64,000 bases of DNA from Albugo candida. Taxonomy: Eukaryota. Location: positions 310,001-374,000 of the forward strand of contig JBDOQK010000011.1 in NCBI GenBank assembly GCA_040437565.1, read 5' to 3'. The notes below the pieces were generated by a model that ran no database searches, was not told where the DNA came from, and worked only from the letters and a program-made list of their open reading frames with translations. Position numbers and translations under genes: made by a program. Shown piece after piece: positions 35,901-47,600 of the stretch. The number at the start of each line of letters is the position of its first letter. Position 1 is the first letter of the stretch.

Positions 35901-38678
35901 AGTGACTATACAAACTGTGGGCTGTGATTATTATGACATTGAACAACCTAAGTGCGAGTGTGCTTTCCTCCAATCTCGTGCCGCTTGATGTACAGTACGT
36001 TGTGTTGCACTTGATACGTGACAAATTTATTGGTATCAGCCTACCACACGGTCCCATATTTTTGATTACTTCTGTAGCGTTTGGGAAGCTCTCTATAGCT
36101 GGGTACTTGGTACCTGTAGCTGCATATGTTTAAGGCACGGAGGACTTCAGCATACAATCGAAATTTGGCTGTATTGATGCTGAGACGGTATGTTTGGTAC
36201 TTACCACACACATAATCCGAAGTGGTCATAGTCTCGTAAATTCGTCTCACATAATCAGCATAGTTTTATCTCCGTCTCAGCTGACTACTGCTCACTTCTC
36301 AAAATCTCCTACACATTCGACAAGACGCTGATTAAGAACATCGACAGCGGACATTGGATCACTTCGCGATCCAAAGGATGGGACCGAATCAATTTTGAAT
36401 TGTCCGTGTACAGACAATATAATTGGAATCAGAATCAGTCCGATGTTTGGGCCAACCGCTTCGGTTCGGGTCGACGTTATTTGTTCCTTCGTCAAGGACA
36501 GCGTTCAAACGTATAGCATTAGATTTGCGAAATGTAGTGCATCAAATATCGTATGTCTTGATCTCCAATACGAACGTAGTAATAGTACACAGTAGCGCCA
36601 TCTTCATTATCGAACAACTCGCCCAACTACGGCAAATGCCAAGCCAATGCGGCAAGGTTGCGCTCATTTCCCGCTATATCTGGAGCATGAGAGATAGAAT
36701 ACTTTTGTCGACTTCGCAGTGACTTGTGGCATTTCCTAAGTCTTCGTCTATCAGCTTCATGATTCAGCAAATGAGCTCCAGCTACTTTGAATATTATCCG
36801 GATCAAATGCTTCGAGTACTAGATCAGCCCGCTGAGGTTAAATATCTTTTATCGCTACTCAAACTTTCCAGCCAAGGGGATTTTGACGTCCAGCCAAAAT
36901 GATCTTATGGTTATTTTGTCGCAAGCAACTGCCAATGTTTTGTAAATATCATTGTGTCAATTTGTAGTTGCAACATCCATTCAAGTCTTGTGACCCATGA
37001 AAATAACGACAAAAGAATCTGCATCAGATGTTGGTGCTTTGATACCTTGAGACACTACACCACCATAGGGCTGGATCATTCGATTTGATTACTGATGATC
37101 CATGTGCTTATTCTGTAAGCCATTTAAAATCGAAATTAATGAAAATATAATATAAACGTGAAATCAGAGGGTTTCAGATGTTCATGGATGACCACAAAGC
37201 GCTTGAAATTTTCGGATTGTGCTACGCGAGCGAATCACGTCCTCGTATAACCATTGCGTCATTAAATCGAGTCGTACCATCGACTGTCCGAGCAGTCGTC
37301 CCTTAGCTTCCACCTCGATTATTGCAGACAATTACATCTATATTCAGTCACTGTCTCCCGCTTCGTATTGTCATGTTTTTTTGTTTTTTAGCAGATGCCA
37401 TGCTGATAGTCTCGGTCCCAACAACACATTGCACTAGAAAAATTCTACTTGCAGCGGGCTTCGAACCCCGGTTATCGGTCTGACGAAGTTGCAATCATAT
37501 TCCTTTCCTCATCTACATAACTTAAAAATATAGCGCAATAATGTGCCTAGCCGCAAAGTGTTGAAGCCCGCTATCTCTACCAGGATTGTAGATAATCGAT
37601 TTACTTCAATCACAAGTACCAAAAGATTCTCGTTACAACGCCACTTTTGCAACTTTGAGTGTCATGCAAGCACTTCTTATAAGCTTCTATAGATTAGGTA
37701 TCACGAAATCACGGTTCTTACTTGGCCGGGTGCGGAAGTATATTGCTAACGTGGAAATTTAACATTTTGTAAATCGTTTATCGGAACCAGACTACTGAGA
37801 GGAAGTAGACGGCATCATCTGCGAGGTTTAACTTCGACATGCTAGATATGTTGGCGAACCAAAAAGTAAGGAAGCCAAGTCTCACATTTAGCGCACTCGG
37901 GCAAATCACGCAGNNNNNNNNNNNNNNNNNNNNNNNNNNNNNNNNNNNNNNNNNNNNNNNNNNNNNNNNNNNNNNNNNNNNNNNNNNNNNNNNNNNNNNN
38001 NNNNNNNNNNNNNAGTGTTGAAGCCCGCTATCTCTACCAGGATTGTAGATAATCGATTTACTTCAATCACAAGTACGCAGACATGCTCGTTACAACGCCA
38101 CTTTTGCAGCTTTGAGTATCGAGCAAGCACTTCTTATCAACTTCTATAAATTAGGTATCACGATATCACGGTTCTTACTTGGCCGGGTGCGGAAATATAT
38201 TGCTAACGTGGAAATTTAACACTTTGTGAATCGTTTGTCGGAACCCGACTACTGAGAGAAAGTAGACGGCATCACCTGCGAGGTTTAACTTCGACATGCT
38301 AGATATGTTGGCGAACCAAAAATCAAGGAAGCCAAGTCTCACATTTAGCGCACTCGGGCAAATCACGCATTGTTGATAAATGGCTGACCAGTTTGATTGA
38401 TGCAGGCAAAGCATGTGTTTTCATATAGCTCAGGTACCGCCAAAAATCGAATTTGTGCACTTTTAGTTCTCAGTGTGTTAGTACGTTCGCGTGCTGCTTT
38501 GCATACCAGTACGATCCCGAACTCCACTACTCGTTTTAGAATCATACCGCAATTGAAATGCGCTTTAAAACCTTAAGTCAAAGTTATTATTTTTATCAGA
38601 TACTGTGGCATTAAGTGTAGTTGGAGTACACTAGAGACATAAACAAGATACAAACGCACAATCGAAGCTATCAAAAAA

Positions 38679-38855
38679 TCACGAGCATTTTTGTGAAGCT
38701 ATTATCAGATCCTTCACATTTGAGTATTTGAAGCCATCACGAGTTACTGTATTGGGAGGTATGGAGGTATATGGAGCCCAGACAAAATCAACGTTAACCT
38801 GATACGTATAATACTCGCCACCAATAATAGTGTCCGACGCGTCCAGTTCAATCAA
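38679..38855 (-). repeat. Second, slightly different copy of the 3' end of transglutaminase elicitor 2 (allele or paralogue) with its downstream flank
   Basis: LIELDASDTIIGGEYY...VKDLIIASQKCS* versus VKDLITASQKCS* at 39305; flank 38336-38855 matches 38956-39481 with many substitutions. Confidence 0.8.
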
Positions 38856-39304
38856 NNNNNNNNNNNNNNNNNNNNNNNNNNNNNNNNNNNNNNNNNNNNN
38901 NNNNNNNNNNNNNNNNNNNNNNNNNNNNNNNNNNNNNNNNNNNNNNNNNNNNNNNCAAGTCTCACATTTAGCGCACTCGGGCAAATCACGCAGTGTTGAT
39001 AAATTGCTGACCAGTTTGATTGATGCAGGCAAAGCATGTGTTTTCGTTACAGCTCACGTACCGCCAAAAATCGAATCTGTGCATCTTTTAGTTCTCAGTT
39101 TGTTAGTACGTTCGCGTGCTGATTTGCATACCAGTACGATCCCAAACTCCACTACTCGTTATAGAATTATACCGCAATTGAGGTGCACTTTAAAACCTCC
39201 AGTGAAAGTTATTATTTTTATCAGCTACTGTGGCATTAAGTAGAGTTGGAGTACACTAGAGACATACACAGGATATAAACCCACAATCGAAGCTATCAAA
39301 AAAA

Positions 39305-40723
39305 TCACGAGCATTTTTGTGAAGCTGTTATCAGATCCTTCACATTTGAGTATTTGAAGCCATCACGAGTTACCGTATTGGGAGGTATGGAGGTATATGG
39401 AGCCCAGACAAAATCAACGTTAACCTGATACGTATAATACTCGCCACCAATAATAGTGTCCGACGCGTCCAGTTCAATCAACAAGTAGAACATACGGCAA
39501 GTCTGATAGCCTGCATAAGCGTCATCCGAAGTTGTCACGGTGCTGCTATCCGTCTCAAACACCCAACAGAGCTGCACTTCCATGTATACCAGTTTTACCA
39601 TGGCTTCATTGAACGGATAATGTTCTACCCCGTAAACTTGTTTGGAGGTCCCCGTGGGATCCACGAGATAATGATCAGTGATCTCAAAACTGGTCACTGG
39701 CTGGTTCCAAACTTGAGAGATCGGATCTATGTCAACAATTATTGGTTTTCTGAGAAGAGAAACAATGTTGGCCATTGAAATTAGAAAATCTCCAGCAGTA
39801 ATGTCTCGCACGGCTAAAAGCTCCGGACGACCAAATTTGTCAAATTTCACATCATTCGTATACGCCCGATTGCCAGCATACACAATGGCCAGTTCAGAAT
39901 CGTCATAAATATAAGAGATCAAACCTTTGATATCTTGAATTTCGAATGTCACATTATTCCGCTTCACAGCACACCGTGGCTCCAGTTCCATGATCGATGC
40001 AACAGCCCAAGCATGACAAATACCAAACCATGTAGGAATGCATACTCCATCTTTGTCATACTGTTCGTCTCGTTTGGAGCACACCGCCTCCCCAGTATAC
40101 TTCGGGTCGCACTCGATTGTTTCCTTGCAAATCCGGGCACCGATTCTTCGTTTTAATCCATCGATACCATTTTTCAGCGAAACTGCATCCGCCAACTTTT
40201 TTGGATTGAGTCCGAATGCTTTTGCGTATTTTGTGACCATGCTATCGCTTTCCGCACCATCCCAGCGATAATTGATACTATCCGACGCTGTTGGCCAATA
40301 ACTACCCGCCCATGGGCGGACTGAACTTTGATCTTTGGGATGCTGTGTCAGTGCAGCATACGATCGGGTGAAGGTTGCATTGAAAGCCACTTCGAGTGTT
40401 CGCAAAACAGACAGGTCGAGCGATTCCAGCTGACGAGAATCGTCCGAAGGTATCGTTGCTCGCAAGCTTCTATGATTGCCGAAAGAGATACCAGCATCGA
40501 TGGATGGTACGCTGATATCGAGAAACGCATCACTCATACCAGAAACCTGATGACCAACCACAGGACATTTCGGGTCATTCAGCTGGAACACTGATAATTC
40601 AAAATTAAATCCCACCAAACCCAAATCCAATGAAAGTGATGATGATAGGCGAAGGAAGGGTAAAGACTGTATAAGAATACTGATGATGCAAACGCGGAGC
40701 CGGTGCGGGCTGAAATAATACAT
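39305..40723 (-). CDS. Secreted transglutaminase elicitor (GP42/TGase_elicitor family), copy 2
   Basis: MYYFSPHRLRVCIISILIQSLPFL signal-like region; PWAGSYWPTASDSINYRW; CIPTWFGICHAW; EPRCAVKRNNVTF; VWNQPV; INR/FPR-like TCATTCATAATTTC just upstream. Confidence 0.92.
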   Translation of the reverse strand: MYYFSPHRLRVCIISILIQSLPFLRLSSSLSLDLGLVGFNFELSVFQLNDPKCPVVGHQVSGMSDAFLDISVPSIDAGISFGNHRSLRATIPSDDSRQLESLDLSVLRTLEVAFNATFTRSYAALTQHPKDQSSVRPWAGSYWPTASDSINYRWDGAESDSMVTKYAKAFGLNPKKLADAVSLKNGIDGLKRRIGARICKETIECDPKYTGEAVCSKRDEQYDKDGVCIPTWFGICHAWAVASIMELEPRCAVKRNNVTFEIQDIKGLISYIYDDSELAIVYAGNRAYTNDVKFDKFGRPELLAVRDITAGDFLISMANIVSLLRKPIIVDIDPISQVWNQPVTSFEITDHYLVDPTGTSKQVYGVEHYPFNEAMVKLVYMEVQLCWVFETDSSTVTTSDDAYAGYQTCRMFYLLIELDASDTIIGGEYYTYQVNVDFVWAPYTSIPPNTVTRDGFKYSNVKDLITASQKCS

Positions 40724-40756
40724 AGCTTTTGGGAGATGGTATGCAAGCAACCGGCC

Positions 40757-40770
40757 GAAATTATGAATGA
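40757..40770 (-). promoter_or_regulatory. Oomycete INR/FPR-like core promoter of transglutaminase 2
   Basis: Minus-strand TCATTCATAATTTC ~35-45 nt upstream of ATG 40723. Confidence 0.5.
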
Positions 40771-42370
40771 TCTTTATTGCTTTGTTGAATCTGTAACCTA
40801 CATAATTTCGCAAGCTAGTCTAGCAACAGATCGGAAGGATTTGGCAAACATTTTAGTCAGTTCCAACATTGCTTTCTAGGGAAAAAGGAATGGACTTTAA
40901 GCGTGTTGCAGTGAGGATGACGCCAATGTAATGCACGATATCCAGAACCATTAGAAATGAAGAGAGCACTTCGCCACACGGACGTTGTTGATTTAATTAC
41001 CGGCTCACCCAAATTTGATTCACACCGACTGCTACTCGGCCATGCTTTACTATTGGCACTTTTTGAGCCATCAAATACCCGTCTAACTGACTAAATGCCT
41101 CCGAAAAAATAGAGACTATATCGAAGGTTTATCGGCTGTGAAATTGACGAGTACGATATGATGGGCGCAGGGTCATGGCTTCAAGGTATAGTGCAGGGAA
41201 ATTATTGAAAATTTACAGTTGGATCTAAAAGAATTGCTAGTCACCGTGTAATTTGACCCAAATTTGTTGTTCGGTGTGTGTGTATTTCCAGACCTCGAAG
41301 TACAGTACGATCGGGACGTGAAAAATCCACCAATATACTACATCTGATTAGAATAGTTACTCGGCTGTCGAACGATGGGGTGGAATGTGATGGTTTGTTC
41401 GTTATGACGATACTTACCGTGTTGTAAAAACACTTAGGTCGTTTCTGTCATTGCTCACAAGTGCTCATTCGAGTCAACTTTCTTGTGAACTTTACTACTT
41501 CATAGTACCATGAGTTTCTTCTCACGTTCATGATCCCAGGACTGACATAAACCAAAAAATAAACCAAACGCTTGCAATAGTCATACATACACACCCGACT
41601 CTCTTTCACCGAAATAAATCTGCTAGGATCTCGCTACTTTGATGTTTGGTTCATCGCTTCCAAATCACATTTGCTATTCAGGTCAGGAAAGACAGCTAAT
41701 AGAGAATACCCTCCGAATTACTAGCCGTCGGCAGATTGCGCCCACATTTGATTTCGATCTGCTTTTCGATGTTCATTTCGGAGGAGATGTGTAGAAACAT
41801 ATAAGTCTCATATGGCAATTGCAAACAAGCCGGAGGATGCCACTTCGACGTAATGGGCATTGAAGCATTGTGAAATGCGGTTAAATGGACATCATGCTGT
41901 GAAATAAAGTACTCATTTACAATCTTGGACTGCGATGCGGTTAAAACTTTATCGATTTTGAACTATGGCGATTGCGAATTATCTAAAGAGAATCAGAAAG
42001 TTTACAATTTTCCGCGCTGAAGAAACCGTTCACTAGATTCGAGCATATCGATTAAAAAGAAAATTGGTGGTCAAAAATGAACGAGAATGTTACATGCGTC
42101 TAATTACCCCCTACCTGCAATAATTTCGGCTAGAAAGATCCTTGAGACTGTTTATATGACTTTCATGGAAGGCATTTCATGGTAGCAACCAATGATGCCT
42201 ACCTCCGTGGTACACGGCCGATCTTTGGCCACTCTGTTTCGCGGTGTGCTCATTGTGGTCTGATTATAATTAACGAAACAGTCGGAATTATTTGGCTGTT
42301 GACATTCGACAATACAGTGGGTTTGGGGAACATTACAAAGTAACAAATGGCCAAATCTGTAGTCTATTGT

Positions 42371-43565
42371 TTAGTGTGCTTCAATCAACGCCGGAGATAA
42401 ATCTCTGAAATATGAGTGATTCATCGCTTCGGCCGCAGTGATACGCTTCGATGGATCATACTGTAGCATTTTCTCAAATAGATCGACTCCAATGGCATCC
42501 AGTGTAGGGACGAGATGCGCTAGAGAGACTGGTGTTTCATAGTGCGGGAAGTCACGCTGTGGTAACAGTATCCCAACGTAAGCTTACCCAAACCGAGCTT
42601 TTGATTTTATATACCTTGAATTCCGGTAAATCAATGATGCCAGGATAAATATCCAGAGTGGGAGTACCCAAAAGACGGAAGATTCGATCCAGTTGATCAT
42701 TTTCTGATGTTCCTGCAACAAGTGGACCACCATTGGCCATTTCAGCAAATATACAGCCTACACTCCAAATGTCTACTGGTGTTGAATACTTGCTACAACA
42801 TGTGATGAGAAAGCTAGATGCGCATGTATCTGAAGTTGAAGCGTCAGTATCTTACCGGGAGCCCATAAGTACGTCAGGGGCACGATACCACAAGGTAACA
42901 ACCTCGTGTGTATAGCTTTGACAATCCAAAAAATAATAATAATAATTAATCGAATCTTTTTGTACAAGTAGGTAATCCCACCTCCGAACGGGAATTCCAA
43001 AAGCTCGTGCAAGACCAAAGTCAGCCAGCTTGAGTTCACCTTCTCTGTTTATCAGCAAATTCTGCGGTTTTAAGTCTCTGTGCAGACCACACGTAGACTT
43101 ATATAAAGGGACTCAATTCCAGCGTGTCATGTATTACCGATGAAGTACACGATGTTGATGGCAGTATGCAATCCCACGAAGAAGCTGATACAGAAAAGAC
43201 TACGACCAAAAAGTAATATTGTAACGTGATCGTACACAAAGACCTATCAATACCTTCAAAATAGGTATGTCGAGACCTTTTTCACAAACATCCAGATACT
43301 TTTTTAGATCTTGGTCAAGATATTCGAAAACAAGCGTCAATTTACGCTCTGTATGTACAATATTATACAGCCGGACGATGTTCGGATGCTGCAGTTCTTT
43401 CAATAATGAAATCTCGCGTATCGCAGTTGAAGGAATTCCTTCATCCTCTGCTTCTAGTCGAATTTTCTTCAAGGCAATCACTTCTCCTGTAACGCGATCT
43501 TTTGCCTTATACACAACTCCATATGTACCTTCTCCAATCTTCTCAAGCTTTTGATATCGTTCCAT
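42371..43565 (-). CDS. CDC2: Cyclin-dependent kinase, PSTAIRE type (cdc2/CDK5-like); 6 exons
   Basis: [21 protein letters not shown]...[17 protein letters not shown]...[12 protein letters not shown]...[54 protein letters not shown]; five GT-AG introns traced; stop TAA at 42371-42373. Confidence 0.95.
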
Positions 43566-44621
43566 ATAAACTTTCGTTTGAATGCCAAACAATGATGCCT
43601 TTGTGAACTTTTGTCGAGAAACTATAGGACGAAAAGCTCAACCTTGCATTCAGATCCGGCAATTCTGTCCGGCAATCTGAGAATATTCTGAGTCTGATTC
43701 GAATCAGTTGTTTTAATGGCTTTAATGGCTCGAAATTTCGAGAGCTATATGTCCCAACATCTCTCTTGTTTACTCTTTGGTATAGCACTGAATCTTCGGG
43801 TACGAGCTATACACTTGGCCAGCATGGAAACTGAGACCAACTTTCGTATTCGTACAAAGTTAAAAGATCATTTTATGAAAAATGTACGATTGTTATCGTT
43901 TTCTCTACCGGGCGATCACAGACATGATCCTATGTCCTATGTTTATAAGAACATCAGGAGGGGCTGCCTTATATCAAACAATGGTAAAAAATTGCATTAA
44001 GACCTTTCCTATGTTACTGAATTCAAGGATACCGCTTCTTTTGAGTGCTGATGGAGACCAAGCACTACTGCTCCAAAACTTTCGCCACTGATGAACGAAC
44101 TCTGAATGAGAAGCTTAACGTGAAAGTATCATCATAAGCTATGAATATTTGGTAGATCAAAACAAGTGTGGGAGGGGTTGTGACTAGCAATTGATCCAAT
44201 TCCGCTCCATGCTGGCTGCGACTATATATTGTGGTATCAAGGAGGGCAGTCACAGTGACAGAAGAAAACTACAAGAGAAGCGATCTACTCGTAAATGCTT
44301 TGATATTACGATAGTAACAATCAATCTAGTTATTCGTTTTTTTGTCGGTCGAATGCGTCGACCGCTCTTTTTGCTCATCTGCGCCATTGGCGCAGTCGTC
44401 ACCGTTGACCGACCTGGAGGTAGATCTCTGTATTGTGACTGGTTAATCGCTAAGTACAACAAAAGTATTGATGATCTGGCAGACAGAACACANNNNNNNN
44501 NNNNNNNNNNNNNNNNNNNNNNNNNNNNNNNNNNNNNNNNNNNNNNNNNNNNNNNNNNNNNNNNNNNNNNNNNNNNNNNNNNNNNNNNNNNNGTTAATCG
44601 CTAAGTACAACAAAAGTATTG

Positions 44622-47600
44622 ATGATCTGGCAGACAGAACACAACATTGCTGCCATTTTAGAGCCATCAGTAAGATCGTTGACGATCTCAAATAGTAAGG
44701 TAGCATTGCCAAGTCATGCCTACCGAGACGTCTGTATTGGGCAGTTTGCAGGGATGCGTTACTTTGTGTATTGTAGAGAAACTTTGTTGGTCATCTTGCG
44801 CGAAAAACTGCATGAAGTTACCGCGTCAAATGTGCGTGGTAAATCAGTACGGTGTTCCGAATTTGACTTGTGGCAAGTTCACGACATGAAAAATACTATA
44901 CAATCGATATGCTTCAATCCGAAAAAAGATACCACCAATCGAAGTGCTTCGGGTGTCATTGCCGTCGTACTGGCGGACGGAAATGGAGTTCTGATGACAC
45001 CGACGTCTGATTCTTCGCTTTACATCCCGGACGCAATGGAGCGCAAACCACTTGGAGATGAAATTTTCCGAAAACGGCCTCCGTCAGCGCGAAATCCTTC
45101 TATGGCCAGTAGCTTACCATTTCGCTACCTGAGTAACACAGAGATGAGCGTAAATGAGCAATATGTTAAATGTCATCTTCATCTAAGAGCCTCCAAATGG
45201 TATGAAACAGCTCGATGGCAAGCTGAAGACACTCATTTAAGATATATCGAGTGGGCGGAATTTGGAGAAGATGTATACTTGATCGGAGCCGGTGAGCTCG
45301 TTTCAGTGTGGAAGGTTGTGGAAGATGAAGTTCAATTATACTTTCAGCGATCCTTTGACTTTTTTGGGACATCCATGATACCTCACTTAGCGATTTCACA
45401 TGTAAGAGCTCAAAATGTCCTTGACATCGAAAAGAGAGCCAATCGGGCGTGTCATCTCGTCACTCATTTTGGTGTCAGCCCAAGTGGAAAATATGCTGCT
45501 ACTGCGCGAGAAACAGATCGCATAATTAAGTTGTGGTCTTTACATGAATTTAATCAAATTGGAATGCCACGTGTGTTTCTACTCGGCTGCCATCGGCGTA
45601 TTCAGTCAATGCAGTGGCGTACAGAACGGCATAATCATCAATCTCTTTTTGCAAGAACGGACTGCCATGCATTAAGAAATAGAGACACACATGAAATGCT
45701 CATAGTCCTTGATTATCAGGGCTCAATTTTGATTTGGAGGAGTAGCAAGACCATCAATGCAGAGACTTTCGTACTTTGGAAAGAGATTTCAATGCAAGAC
45801 TCTTTTCCGCCATCAAATAGCGTAAATGTCGGTGTGCCTTCTCATACACAAGCGACCAAGGGTTCATCTTTTACATCAAAGAGCTCTACTTTTCCGGCGG
45901 CTATCAGTGATTTACAACTAGTGGAATGTTTAAGAAGCCACGAAACTCAACCCACAGATACCTTGCAAAGTTCGCTCTTAGATGAACACAATATGCTGAC
46001 AGCATTGACCCGGTTCCACTTTGGATACTCCTATCTGGAAGACGTGCGGAAGAATGAAAATTCCAGTCAAATGCGGACAGAAACTCTTTCCAAAATAAAT
46101 AAACAGCTTCTTGGAGACCGCCACGGGTTTCTAGGTGATACACACGCCGGAGAGTCTGTGATTTGTGGAAATCTTCCCTTAGAGCAGACAATTCAGTCAT
46201 ATCTCTTGTTTGCAGCATGCAAGAATGGGGACTTATGTTTGGTTCGACTGGATGATGCTCCCTATTCTGTAGGATCTTGACCGGTATCAGTCGACAATTC
46301 TGACATCTTGCGCTGTAGAGCATCTCACCTCGTGTGTTCATAATCCTTCGTGAGACAAACTATCGATCTCAACTTGAAAATGCTCAGATTCATAGTGTCA
46401 GCTCTTCGGATTATAAAGGTATGGACTTGAAAGCATTCCGCGCAGAACTTACCGGTAAGCATACGCTAGAAGGCAAAGGATCGTTCACTCTCGAAGTCAT
46501 CTATCAGGGGAGGCAAAAGAAACAGAATAATTCACTCAAGACACTTCGACTGAGGCTGCAAGTCGACCCGCACACCAAGTCACATTGTGCCGGCGACAAC
46601 TATACAACAAATAGTATTCGTCGAAGCTGTATGATGAGCTACACAGTGCAGTCACATGAGTTTGCGATCATGTGTAAATCGCTTCTACCATCAAACTCAC
46701 TTGCAAACAAGATAGAGCAAGTTGTTTCATGTCCTCTTGGCACCACTTCAAACCTGATAACATTAGCACCAAAGCGACCAATATGCATGCTTCGATCGAA
46801 TGCAGCTTGTGACTCCCTGCAGACGCTCCCTCGAAACTTCATGGCGAAAGTTTACGATGCAAATTTTGCTATCGTTAATGATCTTGGGCTTATTTTTTTT
46901 TATGATAACCCCATGCAAAAGCTCCGTGCGTGTCGAATTCCACCATCAGAAATGGGAAACGATGATAAAGGCAAGCAAACTAAGACACCCAATTCATGTA
47001 GCTCGACGACAGCCAAGATCTTACTCTCCCCTTCCATCTCACAAGCATCACTGAGCACCAGCAACAGGACTGCCTTGATTGAATATGAAGTGGAACAGAA
47101 GGGGTCTGATGCTGATATGAGTAGCGACTCTGCATCTTTTTGCAGCTTCATCTACGTACCAACTTGCAAAACCTGGAAAAATCCGGTCACTTCAACATCT
47201 GATGCATCCTGTATATTTGTTGGGCTAACGATTGATGGAATCACTTTGTCTGTGTGGCTCGTCAAAATCTCGAATAGTATCGGTGTCCTCCAGGGACGGC
47301 CTCTACAAGATCAGGCTATCGAGATTCGCGTAAGGCAACTTTTACGAATCTCGTCAATCCAAGAGCAAGGGCACTGGACTCAGCTTGGCCATGTACCAGA
47401 TTCGGTCTTTAGCGACGACTCCCTTTGTAGTGTGGATAATTATTTCGTCTTTCGATTCTGCAAACTACAGCAGAACAGCGGGGACTTTAGCCTCGTAGTT
47501 TTATATACAGTCCAGCTAGACACCCTAGTACGCCAGGAGTTGATAGCACTGGATGAAGTTCATTATAAAAATGGTGGTATCGAATCAGTATCCGGGGTGG

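Noticed and set aside
37451-37572. tRNA T-arm/B-box-like GGTTCGAAGCCC (minus strand) and a ~13 bp imperfect inverted repeat
   Set aside because: No acceptor stem, D-arm or anticodon arm can be folded; too short to call a tRNA, SINE or MITE.
38363-38545. Short ORF MILKRVVEFGIVLVCKAA...TCFACINQTG as an Albugo CCG effector
   Set aside because: Spacing is CxxCxxxxG rather than CxxCxxxxxG, the signal peptide is weak, and the sister copy lacks the ATG and has stops.
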